Assembly (NCBI GenBank): GCA_051294375.1 | Contig: CM119271.1 | Location: 10,006,291 to 10,070,290 of the forward strand | Source of the DNA: Paraspadella gotoi | Lineage: Eukaryota; Animalia; Chaetognatha | DNA: 64,000 bases | Direction: 5' to 3' | In this document: piece by piece, positions 11,885-23,111 of the stretch | Layout of the letters: the number at the start of each line of letters is the position of its first letter | How positions within the stretch are numbered: position 1 is the stretch's first letter | Made by a program: the position numbers and the translations under genes | Notes under the pieces: generated by a model | Databases searched by the model: none | What the model was told of the DNA's origin: nothing | Seen by the model: only the letters and a program-made list of their open reading frames with translations

Positions 11885-14800
11885 TTAATCATCACAGATA
11901 GTTGAGACTTCATTCGAGGCTCCGATGCTCGTTTTCCGGCGAGATTCGTCCCTCTGCGTCGACGTGATCATTCGAGCGACGCCGGCGCCGGATTCCGTCT
12001 CGATCCTCGGCCGTTTGGCCATCTTCTTGGCAGTCTTCTTCCCCTTTCTCTTCACATTTTCCTCGTTTTCTTTTCCCTCTTCTTTCTCCTCGAGCGTCAT
12101 GGCCTCTTGCACCTTGTCGGCTGTGATGCGAAAGTCTCGGGCCACGTTCTTCGTGCTCACGGACAAGTCGAGTTTGGTCTTTTTGGCCAGTTGGAGGACG
12201 ATCCCGTCGAACTGTTCCATGGCGAAGATGAGCTGCGGAATCTGCAGGGAATCCCTGTTGGCAGTTTTCAGCTGCAGCAACTTCTCCGACCTTTTCTTCG
12301 CTTCGGTCGTTCCCGCCGTTTCCAAGTAGAAGATGAAAGGGTGGACGTTATGCGACAATTTCTTCGTCAATTTTTCCAAAAATCTCCGGAATTTCTCGTC
12401 GACGGAACGAGCGACGTCGGTGCCGACTTTGCCCTGGCACCCGAGCAAATAGACTTTGGAAACCGTGGCGGCGGTGACGTAAAATTTGATGATTTGCTTG
12501 AGTAGATCCTTTAAAATGGAAGACCCGAACGGCATCTTGGAAAAACACAACTCGCCCAAGATCTTTTGGACGAGATTCAATCTATCGCACGATCGTTCCC
12601 GCCACTTTTTCATCTTTTCTTCCAACGCTTCGTCGGGTCCTTCTTCGTCCCGATTCGTCTCCTTCGCCTCGATCGACGCCGCCCTCAATTTCGCCGCCAC
12701 GAAACTCACGTCGTCCAAAACCTTGCCGACTTGGTCCAAAACGATGGCGACGACGGAGGCCGCGGTTCTGATGGAAATCGATTGGAAATTGAGTTCCTTT
12801 TCGTCGTTGTCGTCGTCCATCGTCTCCTCCTCTAGTTCGCCGAAATGACTCCTCGCGTCGACGGCGACGAGCATCATCTTTTCGTCCAAATCAGTTTTGC
12901 TGTTGAAGATGATGGAGAAGAGAATCTTGACGACGTTCGGGTCGTCCATTTGTTCGCCCTGAGCGAACTCCATCAGCCAATCGAATATTTTCTCGTAAGA
13001 TTCCTCCCCGGGTTTCACGGTTGAATGAAAAAGCCCCAACAAGTTGAGCAGCATCGCCAACTCGCTCCATTTTTCTCTCCTTTCCTTTTTTCTCAAAACT
13101 CGAGCGACTTCGCGCCGAACGGTTTTGGAGAGATCGAAGAGCGCGGATCGAGAGTCGAAGCTGGCCAGGTCGTCGTCCTTTCTCATCGCCTCCGCGTGGA
13201 GAACCTGCACCAACTCTTCCCAATGCGACGCGGAAAACCGATCCTTGACTAAATTCAGAACGGCGGAAATTATATCCAGCATCAACAGCTTCAAGGGTTG
13301 TCCGCCTTTCTTTACGCTCTTGGTTTCGTTGGCTTCGTTTTGCTGAGCCGTGGCGTCGGACACCGAGATTGGATTGAAGAAATGACCCCAGGCCGCCAAG
13401 CAAACGTCGCAAAGACAGTGGAACAATTGCGCTACGGTCAGGTTGAAAGCTCCTTCGCAGAATCCCTTCTCCGAAAGTTGAGCTATTTTTTGCAAGGAAA
13501 CCTGAAAAAGATGCCGGACGAGAGAATGATTGGATCGCAGGAGGTTGGAGATGGCGACGTCGTCCGAACTGTCGTCGAGACAAACTTTTTTCAAAAGTTG
13601 AGAAAGGCAGTCGAGGCTGAGGGAACTGGATATCTTTTGCGGCGCGGAGGCAAGAGGAGCGTTGGCGCTAGAACTGGGCGTGGCGCCATCGTCGTCTTTC
13701 TCCTTCTTTCCAGACTTGAAACCGTCTTTCAAAAATTCTTGAATCGACACGTAAAACCTCAAAATGCCTTCGATGAGTTTAACGTCTTGAGAAGTCGTGT
13801 TCAAAGTTTTAAATTCTAACAATGATTCCAATGCTCCTAACAAAATATTGAGCTTCAACACGTTTTTCAATCCGTTGGTCGTCAGAGAAATTTCCGTAGT
13901 TTTGTCCATTTCGAAATCATCCAAATCGCACTTTGCCAACCTCTTGCAAAGTAAGTTCAAAAGCTCTTGAACGTCGACCATGGAGGATTGACTCTCACAG
14001 TCAGTTTCTTCGTTCGACGCGACCTTGATGGCACCGGTGCAACAACGAATCAAATTTCCCAACGGTTCTATAACGACCACAGAAGAATTCGACATGATTT
14101 GAACGCATTTGTGCAAGAGCAGAGGGGGCCCTCCGAAATCGTCGTCGAGCGCGCTGCGATCCAGGTAAATGACCAACTGGTTGAGCAACAACTCGAACAC
14201 GACCTCCTTCAACTCGCTGTTCCTCTTGACGATAACGGGCAGGCATTCCAGAACCAAAGCCTTCACGTCCGCCTGATGACCGAAGGTTCTCTTCAACGAC
14301 TGCATGAGCTCCACGCAAAGCGCCTTGTTCCCGTCGGACTCGGTCGGCCCAGCGAATCTCGTCTCCACGTCGGCCACTTGGGAAAACTGGTAGGTTTGAG
14401 AGAGTTGGGAACTGGAAAGATCGGAAGACCCCGCGCAGCGGAAATTCCTCAAGAGAAGCAAATAACCGTGAACGGCGGCTTTTCTCGCCTCTGACTTTCG
14501 GTTGAAGAGACACTTGCGCAGAACTAACAAAAGATAATCGCGAGCGACGTGGGACAATTTAAAAACGGGCATTAGGGCGGACAAGACGTTCTTTGAAAGC
14601 GCCGGAGCGAAACTGGGCAGCTGATCGACGCACTCTTGGACTCTTATTCGATTGGAGGATTCGATGAGGGAAAAGGGCGATGCGTTGGCGACGCGGGCGA
14701 GAGCTTCGCTGTAGACAAAGGCGGCGCCGGGGACGTGGGCGTAGAGAGCCACGCGGGTAAGGAGTTGATCCACGATCTCGGCCCGCGCCTCCTCGTGGCG

Positions 14801-16201
14801 TTTGAAGAGAGAGACGAGCATCTTCCCGCCGAGAGAAGAGCAGAGTTGTTCCGGTTTGGCTTTGCCCCCCGTGGATTTTTCGCTTAAAGACAAAGGGATC
14901 AACGGGGAATGCTCCGTCTCCGCCGTCCCGCCCGTCTTTCCCGGCGCTATCTTTGAAGCCCCGATCTCCATCAGGATCAAAGAGAATTTTACAAGGCCTT
15001 CCAAGGCGTGCTCCCAGCCGGTCGTCACGGAATCGACGACGCTTTCCAGTCGGGATGAAACGTCCTCGAGCGGATGGACGGAGGATCGATCGGACGAGAG
15101 AAACAGCTCGCGAAGCCATCCGGAATGATTGGTAACGATGGCGTCTTTGAAGTTACCCAACACGCAGTCTTTGAGCAGTTTGAAGACGTTATCCTCGTGG
15201 GAGGGAATTTTGGCAAGAGCGAAGGCCAGGGCCATGTTGAACAACTGAAGTATTTTCTTCGGGTTTACCGAGGCGAGGTTTTTCAGATATTTCCAAACTT
15301 CTTGACTCAACTGCCGACTGTGCCTCATTGCCGTTGAGATGTGCAGCAAAACGGTGCCTTGCGTTCTTTTGACTTCCATCGCGAGACTTTGGCTTTGCCT
15401 GCCGTTGGAGACTTCCATCTCGATGGAATCGCCGTCCTTGTCTCCTGCGAAGACGCGACTCTGACGCTGAAAGAATTCCGCCAACCCATCGAGGACGAAC
15501 CGCTGGTGACCCCGTTTGGCCGAGAGGAGCATGGATTGATAGACGACGGGCGGAAGATCCTTGAGGTCCAAATCGTCCAGACTCGTCAAGACTTTCTTCA
15601 GCAGACGCTTCTCCTCCGCCTCCTCGAGATCCAAATCTTTGCAGAGAGCGACGAGACGGACGACGCTCTGCGGTCGCCACATGAGGTCGGTCAGTCGCGC
15701 GACGAAGATCGATCGATAATCGCTGGACTTGGAGGAATCGTCTTTGTTCTTGGAGGAGAGAACGCGGAGAATCTTGGGAAGTAGTTCGATGCTCTCGTCC
15801 GAACTGACGTCGGCGGATTTAATTCGATCGAGGAAAAACTCGAGGAGTTCGAAGAGCGATTCCGTCGGGAAGAGGTCGAGTTGGAACTGGAGATGGGTTA
15901 AAAGATTTCCTGCGACGCGGGTCGAAGACACGGCGTCTCGTTGCAACAAATGGACGACGTGACGAAGGACGAAGAGTTTCTTGTCGAGGCCGTCTTCATC
16001 GTCGTTGGAGACTTTCTCCAGAATGTTTTTGAGAAGTTCTTCCGGCGGCACGACGGAGCCCTCTGCCGAGGCGGTCAAGAGTCTCCCCAAACTGTCTTTA
16101 TCAATTCGGGCCAAGCGGTCCCAGGCTGCATTGGTATTAGACCCGTCTTTTTGAGCCAAGTCACTCAAAAAGGCTTTGGGGTCTTCTATGTGCACGGCCA
16201 T
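11885..16201 (-). CDS. FANCI: Fanconi anemia group I protein, single 1438-aa exon
   Basis: DLPPVVYQSMLLS, RDYLLLVLRKCLF, SSSQLSQ phospho-cluster, IPQLIFAMEQF, ARDFRI. Confidence 0.92.
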   Translation of the reverse strand: MAVHIEDPKAFLSDLAQKDGSNTNAAWDRLARIDKDSLGRLLTASAEGSVVPPEELLKNILEKVSNDDEDGLDKKLFVLRHVVHLLQRDAVSSTRVAGNLLTHLQFQLDLFPTESLFELLEFFLDRIKSADVSSDESIELLPKILRVLSSKNKDDSSKSSDYRSIFVARLTDLMWRPQSVVRLVALCKDLDLEEAEEKRLLKKVLTSLDDLDLKDLPPVVYQSMLLSAKRGHQRFVLDGLAEFFQRQSRVFAGDKDGDSIEMEVSNGRQSQSLAMEVKRTQGTVLLHISTAMRHSRQLSQEVWKYLKNLASVNPKKILQLFNMALAFALAKIPSHEDNVFKLLKDCVLGNFKDAIVTNHSGWLRELFLSSDRSSVHPLEDVSSRLESVVDSVTTGWEHALEGLVKFSLILMEIGASKIAPGKTGGTAETEHSPLIPLSLSEKSTGGKAKPEQLCSSLGGKMLVSLFKRHEEARAEIVDQLLTRVALYAHVPGAAFVYSEALARVANASPFSLIESSNRIRVQECVDQLPSFAPALSKNVLSALMPVFKLSHVARDYLLLVLRKCLFNRKSEARKAAVHGYLLLLRNFRCAGSSDLSSSQLSQTYQFSQVADVETRFAGPTESDGNKALCVELMQSLKRTFGHQADVKALVLECLPVIVKRNSELKEVVFELLLNQLVIYLDRSALDDDFGGPPLLLHKCVQIMSNSSVVVIEPLGNLIRCCTGAIKVASNEETDCESQSSMVDVQELLNLLCKRLAKCDLDDFEMDKTTEISLTTNGLKNVLKLNILLGALESLLEFKTLNTTSQDVKLIEGILRFYVSIQEFLKDGFKSGKKEKDDDGATPSSSANAPLASAPQKISSSLSLDCLSQLLKKVCLDDSSDDVAISNLLRSNHSLVRHLFQVSLQKIAQLSEKGFCEGAFNLTVAQLFHCLCDVCLAAWGHFFNPISVSDATAQQNEANETKSVKKGGQPLKLLMLDIISAVLNLVKDRFSASHWEELVQVLHAEAMRKDDDLASFDSRSALFDLSKTVRREVARVLRKKERREKWSELAMLLNLLGLFHSTVKPGEESYEKIFDWLMEFAQGEQMDDPNVVKILFSIIFNSKTDLDEKMMLVAVDARSHFGELEEETMDDDNDEKELNFQSISIRTAASVVAIVLDQVGKVLDDVSFVAAKLRAASIEAKETNRDEEGPDEALEEKMKKWRERSCDRLNLVQKILGELCFSKMPFGSSILKDLLKQIIKFYVTAATVSKVYLLGCQGKVGTDVARSVDEKFRRFLEKLTKKLSHNVHPFIFYLETAGTTEAKKRSEKLLQLKTANRDSLQIPQLIFAMEQFDGIVLQLAKKTKLDLSVSTKNVARDFRITADKVQEAMTLEEKEEGKENEENVKRKGKKTAKKMAKRPRIETESGAGVARMITSTQRDESRRKTSIGASNEVSTICDD

Positions 16202-16320
16202 GTCCTCGACTAAAAATAAATCCCGTATAAGTTAACGAAGAAAATAAAGACTAGATTCATCAACAGCGTCATCTTCTGAGTAAATTTCAAAAGCCAAAAA
16301 TATCAACTATTGTCTGTTAA

Positions 16321-19300
16321 CTAGGTCAACTTGAATCTGAACATCAAACTGTCGGCCATTTCGATGAGTTGGTCGGAATTACTGTCAACGTCGAGTTTTT
16401 GGCTAATGTTTGTTTCGGAATGTTCTTGATCTAAATCTTCGGGCGAGGATTCTTGATGATCGACGTTTTCGGTGACTTGCCTGAAAAAAAAAATTGTTTC
16501 ATTATGCATACGATTGAGCCTGCAAGGCAAGAAATGAGACTCACCCGTTTTTCGAAGGAGGCGATTCGAGAGGCTCGTCGAAAAGGTCCGAAGGGTCAGC
16601 CGGGCAGCTCAGATCTGGAAAGTCGAAGGCGGGCAACCCCGACTCGTAGAGAGTCGTCGAGGTCGTCAACGCCAGAGATTCGCCCACTGAAGACTCTGGA
16701 GATGTATAGAATCTTCCCTCGACCGGGCATTGGGGAGTTGGGTTCGGAGACGCTTCTGAAAATCGTAATTGAATCTTAGAGTCAAGGAAACGTTGCTCAA
16801 TTTTATAATTTGCACTTCCTTCATTATATTAACTATTTTTTGCTTTCCTTCCAAATTTTTTTTTTTTGCTTTCCTCTTCCAAAAAAACAAAATTCTTCAG
16901 CTTTTGTTTATTATTCGAAAGCAACCGTGCCAAGATTTAATTTTAACTTCAAGGTAGTTATTTCGGGTGAACAGTCAAGCGGCTCGATCTTAGTTTTAAA
17001 TCACAAAAAAAAAAAAAAAATCGAAGCAAAACCTTTTCGCAGCGGAGATCTTTCGTCGAGTTCCGCCTCCAACTCTTGATTTCGGATGCTGAGCAAATTA
17101 CAAACGACTTTTTGTTGGTTCAGGGATTCGTTGAGGTCGTTTAACTATAAAAAAAAATACGATTAATTAACAAATCAAATTGATTTAAACATTGGTTTCT
17201 ACACTCACCATTTCGGCCAACAAGAGCGCGGCCTCGGTCCGCACGGCCCTCGCCATCTCTCTCCTCTCTTCCCCGATCTGTCTGACTCTCGTCTCCTCGT
17301 TGGCCTGCGCCGAAGCGAGGAGCTTCCAATCGTCGGTGTTGAGTTGGTGGAGGACCCACTTGAAGGTGTCCTGGGCGCGTCGCTTCTTTTGAGAATTAAC
17401 ATCTACGAAGGGGAAAAAAAAAGGAAAAGACGTTGCGCTGCCTGGACTCGTTGGATTTGACCATTCGTTTTTTTTTTTTACAAGCATCGGCTTTCAATCC
17501 TTATTTGCATATTAGGTTCTTATGTTATCTATCACTCACGATTCGACGTCGCGTCACCGATTCCTTCATCCTCGGCCTCCTCCACTTTCGTCGACATGAC
17601 GACGAGCTGCCGCGCGAGATCACGACCGCGTTGAATCTGCTCGTCCATGGCGACGCGGTAGGCGACGGCCAGCCGCTTCGCCTCCTCCCTCTCAGCCACC
17701 CTCGAATCCAACTGCGGATTGGATGGAGAAAGAGTATCGGAAAAAAAAAATTCCGATTTTGGTAAGTCGCTCTAGTCGCTTACCTCGACGGAGAGATCCG
17801 AGATCTTCTTCCTGAGGTGAGTGGCGACTCTCGCGCAGGGACAGGGACTCGGGTCGCACGCGCACGCGCCTAGAACCATCCAGTCGGCCAAATCGGACGG
17901 GGGTCGAGCCAAATCCTGAGACGATTGGACATCGAGGGTTCATAAATCCGGTTAACATTTACACATTAATTTATAGGCTACTCGTACTCTACCTCGGGGC
18001 TCGAAATTTCCGTCAACTTGGCCATCCGAGATTTCTCCTTGGTGTCGCAAAGTACGAGCAGTTCCTCTTTTTCCCTCTGCAAGGCGTCGATGCGAAGATG
18101 CAGATCGCGACACTGATTTGGTTCGTTTTATTTGTATTTACTTGTTATAAAATATAAAAATTAAAACTTACTTGTTCGGATTTAGCTTGTAACGTCATCA
18201 TCAACGCGTGATTTTCCTCCGAAACTCTGCGATTAAAAACGGAATCTATGACTTACTTTTTCAATATGGATCGAGGATAATCGATCAAACTCTTTCCCCC
18301 GCACCTGTCGAATCTTTGCGCCCACGTTTCCTGCGAGGAGATTAGCGAGCCTTCCTTGCAATGGCTCTCGAACATCACTTTGTTTATTTCTCGCTCCATC
18401 AACTCGATCCTTTCCTTCGCTTTCCGCTCCCCCGCTTCTTTGGCCGCTGTGGTTTGCTCCAGCTAGAGAGATGCGTGAGCAAATTGAGTCAAAATAGAAT
18501 TGACGTGCGATTGACGTTAAAACTATCAATGCGCAATGTTCAAATGATTCCAACGTTTGCCAACCTGAGCGTGGATAATTTTTACGGCCTTTTGTTTGGC
18601 TTTGAGCAATTCATCTCGCCGATCCAACTCGGCCTTGAGGGAAGCGTTTTCGGTCCTCAACGCAGCCACGGAGTCTCTATCGAAGGCCCACCGCTTGAGA
18701 CGAGTCTCGATCGGTGAGTTAGGCCTTAGGGTGGGTTTCGTCAAGTCCCACGAGTTATCTGCGTGTTAGAGATATCATGTTAAGAAATTGTAATTTATTT
18801 TTCAATGTTTGACGCGCAAATCCATTTTTCCGGAAACCTCTGTACATCCGACGCTTAGGTTGGATTTTTGGAGAATTCCCCGAATCAGATCTGACATCCC
18901 AGGCGCCGTTCTTGACGCCGAGTCGCGGCGAATCTCCGCCGTTACGTTCGAAGACACCGTCGACGGCGCTTTTCGGCGAGGGAGAGCGCTTCCGGCGGCG
19001 CGCCACGTATTCGTCGATGTACTTTCGCAAGCTTCCGTTCGAAAAGTCCCGCCGGTCGCGGAAAGGATCGTCGTCGCGTTTTCGACGGAGAACGTCGGCG
19101 ACGTTGAAGGGTTCGACGTCGCTGCTGCTCGTCGAGAGGGTCTCCAAGAGGAAGTCGTCAAAGAAAACCCCGTCATTGACGTCGGAGGGATATCTGAGAA
19201 TAAAAAGGACCTTAATTTATTTCAATATCATGAAAATTAAACAAAAAATTACGATTGGAAACCATTATTTAAACGCACAAATATTTTAGATCCTTGAAAC

Positions 19301-19510
19301 AAATTGATTCAAATGAGATTAAAGAACTCTTTATCATATCTCATTTTAATTTCGGCCCGATCGACACCAGTTGTCTCACTTGGCATAAGGATCCGAGCTG
19401 ACTCGATCGTTGTTGTTGTTGCTTCGATCCTCGACTTCAGGGTCGACGATTCCGCCGGGTTTTCGACCGTGACCCAGTCCGAGATCTCCGCTCTCAACAT
19501 CCCCGTCCAT
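16321..19510 (-). CDS. Uncharacterised multi-exon coiled-coil protein
   Basis: Chain of GC-rich exons with GT-AG boundaries starting MDGDVESGDLG; heptad-rich segments such as LRTENASLKAELDRRDELLKAKQK; family not recognised. Confidence 0.65.
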
Positions 19511-19792
19511 GGAAGGACGATGAAGGAAAGGGGAGCGACAATGGGATTCCATCAGGGCGAAAGATCGGGCGGGAAGAATGAATACATTGGGACGGGAAAG
19601 GCGGGTAAAAGAGTACTAAGGCACAGTGTGTTTTTGATTTTTAGAGTTTTCGCCTCATATTTAATACTTTTGAGCTAAAACGAAACAAACATAACGGTAA
19701 AAGCATAACAAAAACGTAAGCATTTAACAAAAACCATCGACGAGCTTAAGAAACGCGCGAATAAAAATCAGTAAAAATTACGAGTTTCCCTC

Positions 19793-20695
19793 TCAAACCG
19801 AAGACCGAAATTGATTTTTCAAACCCGGAACTCCTCTAAGCCCGGTTCCGTCGATGACGACGTCGCATCCGACGCCCGATGGCAAAAACGGACATCGATC
19901 GACGACGATCCGTCTCATCGTCGCCTCCCACTTCCGGTCTTCGTCGACGAGCGTCACCGTCCGGCGCCGGAGACGCGAGACGCGAAGCCGAGTCGTGACG
20001 AAGTTGGACCAAGCGAGACCCAAGGCCGGAGAGAAGAGCTCCTCTCCGTCGTCGTCTCTTTTTCCGGGAATCGACGTCACTTGATTGACGCAGACGACGC
20101 AGAGTTCGGGTCGAAGCGCCGTCAGCTCGTGGAGGGCGTGGCCGAGGCGAGAGAGGTGGCGCCACCGGTCTCCGGCTTCGTCTCGTTCGTAGGCGCGAAA
20201 GATGGCGGCGACGGAGTCGACGACGACGAGACGAACGGAACGACGACGACAGAGACTCGGGATTTTCTCCGTGACGGCGTCGAGGAGTTGATCAAAGTCG
20301 GCCGCGTGATCCACGAGCACGTTGTCGGTCCATGTCGACGAAGGGGCCGACGAGGTTGTTGGCGATCGGCGAGCGAGCTGCTCGAGGCGAGCGGACGGGA
20401 AGGAGCCTTCGGTGGAGACGTAGACGGCCGTCGGGGCGGCGCAGTCGTCGGTCGGATCGAGTTTCTCTTGAGCCGCGAGGCAGAGTTGGAGGCAGAGTTG
20501 CGTCTTCCCGCTGGCGCTCTCTCCGCAGATCTCGGTGACGCCGTCGGCGCGGACGGCGCCGGGTAAGGCGGCGTCGAGGACGGGACAGCCGAGACGCAGC
20601 GGCGTCGAGGGTGGAGAGCGGTGGAGGTACGAAATGGAATGGAAGGGCGGAGGGGAGGTCGTCGACGATGAAGAGACGTTGGCGAAGAGCGCCAT
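19793..20695 (-). CDS. XRCC3: RAD51 paralog XRCC3, single exon
   Basis: Walker A GESASGKTQLCLQL, YVSTEGSFPSARLEQL, Walker B LVVVDSVAA, PALGLAWSN. Confidence 0.9.
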   Translation of the reverse strand: MALFANVSSSSTTSPPPFHSISYLHRSPPSTPLRLGCPVLDAALPGAVRADGVTEICGESASGKTQLCLQLCLAAQEKLDPTDDCAAPTAVYVSTEGSFPSARLEQLARRSPTTSSAPSSTWTDNVLVDHAADFDQLLDAVTEKIPSLCRRRSVRLVVVDSVAAIFRAYERDEAGDRWRHLSRLGHALHELTALRPELCVVCVNQVTSIPGKRDDDGEELFSPALGLAWSNFVTTRLRVSRLRRRTVTLVDEDRKWEATMRRIVVDRCPFLPSGVGCDVVIDGTGLRGVPGLKNQFRSSV

Positions 20696-23111
20696 CTACG
20701 TCACGTGATTAATAGCATTATGGGAGAATTAATCGTTAGAAGTTTCAATCCTCTCAGACAGCTTTAGCGATTCCCAAAGAAGACGCGATTCAAAGTTTTT
20801 CATTATTTATGATTGTTGCTTAATCTCATTTCAGTTCGCTTCAATCCTATTTTCGCATCCTAGATTCCAAGTCTGCTAATTATCTTCCCTACATTGTTCA
20901 ATGTTCATTGACATCGTTTTTGGAACTACATACGTTTCATGTTTTTCATCTCTGGAGACCAAACACAAAAGTGACGAGAGATTATGTCTTCCAACACCTC
21001 TCAACAATCAACCCGATTGTAGTCTAAAACTTTCACAAACCATTTGGCACACCATAAGATCTAATACTTCCCATTTGACAAAACAGTAGGGTTAAAGTGA
21101 AATAGTTTCTCGTAGTTTCTGGTGGGGCAAAATTACTTCATATTCATTCTGGAATCCGTTAACCAGGTAAGCATGGAATAAATATAAAATTACTCGTAAC
21201 ATGTAAATGTTTGGAAAAGCCCATTACAGATGATTAATGCTGGATTTCAGTAAATATCGAATAAGCATAATTTTTACTTAAGTTAAACCATAAGTTAAAC
21301 CATTTATTGTGGCAAAACATCACAAAATTCAGACAATCGGATTTAGCCATATCTTTATGATCTATCATATCTCGCCTGATCGATGGTGTGAAATGCAGTA
21401 AGGATTTCTAGTGCCAAAATCGACTGTAGCAAAACATTTAAAACACTGGTCAATTCGCTTAAAAAGAAATATATTTAGTCAAGATAAGAATCACAAATTT
21501 TGGTCTTTCACGAAAAAGATTCCAATTTCAGTAAGATGACAAAAAATCATGCAAAACAAATAATAAAAATAAAAATGAACGTAGAGTTGAATGTAAAAAA
21601 AAATTAAGACCTTTTCCCTATAATTCCAACAAATTTCTTCTCTATAATTTCTCCTCTTGCAACAAAATTTTCTTTTTTAAGAAACCAAGATTTCGGACCA
21701 CAAATGAAAATTGGACCGGTTGCTGACATCGAAATAACCATTTTCTTAATTTTATGAAGTGACATTCCTTATCTGCGGCAAAGTGCATTATGTCAATGTG
21801 CCAACTGCCGTCAGTGCAGTGTTGTAAGCGCTTAAGCATAAAAATTTAAGCGGAAAAATGCGTTATGCGAATGGCTTTTAATCGGATTTTATGGAAGACC
21901 GATTGAAAAAAAGGATATGAGATGAAATACGTAGTTGTATAAGAAGTTTTTCCATGCATTATTTGCGGTTTGTTTGCAAACTTTACATGATAGATCTACT
22001 ACAGGGAAAGATTGAAACTCAGATGACCTAATTCGTCTTGGTATTTATTGGAAATTGTACTAATGGCAATTTCAAAATCAGATAGAAAAAAAATTTAAAT
22101 TGACTCATTATTTTAAGTATTTTTTATAATAACGGCGTATATCAATCTTGCATGTTAAACCATTTAAAAATATATCATCGAGAAACACCCGTGAGGAAAA
22201 AAACTTCAGAAAACAAATCAGTTCTGAACAGAAAATAGATAATGAAGAATATCTTTTAATTTGTTTTATTTAGTTTATGGATTAGAAAAGCGACAGCTAA
22301 AAAACATACTGAGTGGTAATAAAGAAACTAACTTTAAAAGCTTCTAAAACTAACGCAAAACTATCTTCGGAGATGATTCACAGCTCAAATTGAATATTTA
22401 AAATTGATAACATTAAAAAATGAGAGATCTTCAGTCTTGGTACAGCATGCAAATTAATCAAAACCTAGTCAATTTTAAGTTTAACTCAACACTATTTTCT
22501 AAAATAAATTTAAACTAATAAGACAAAAATATTGAGATCAGCCGGTATAAATGATTTCATGCCTCAAATTATCGAAAATAGAATTTTTATTATATAGACT
22601 TTTTAGATGAAAAACCAACTTTAATAAGTCTGTCGGTGTTACTAGTAAATCTTACAAAAAGTGATCATGGCTTACATTTAATCATTTCTTCACCCTCATA
22701 TTCGCGACATATTTAAGAATTGTACGCAAACATAATCGGAATGGTAAGTATATTACTTCGCTTTTTGAAAATTATTTAAATATAATAGAATTAATATTAG
22801 ATAAATCATGTCGTTTGTATTTTTCTTTCATCTCAAGTTAGCCATAGTGCTTTAAGAAGCAAAGCAGGCTCCCAAACCAATGTCAAAACTATAAACGGTC
22901 GCGACATCAAAAAACGAAATCAACTCGTACTTTTGTTAAACATAATTGTAAGTATTAAAAAAGCGTCAAGTTAGTGTTCGTGAAGTTCGATAGGCGATTA
23001 AAAAAGAAAGGTAAGAGATCCTCTTTTTTTTTCGTCAGCTTCTCTAAAACATTTGGGATCATAAAATTCAACAGCAGTTTCATGTAGTATTCATTTTTTT
23101 TTTGGTAGGAT

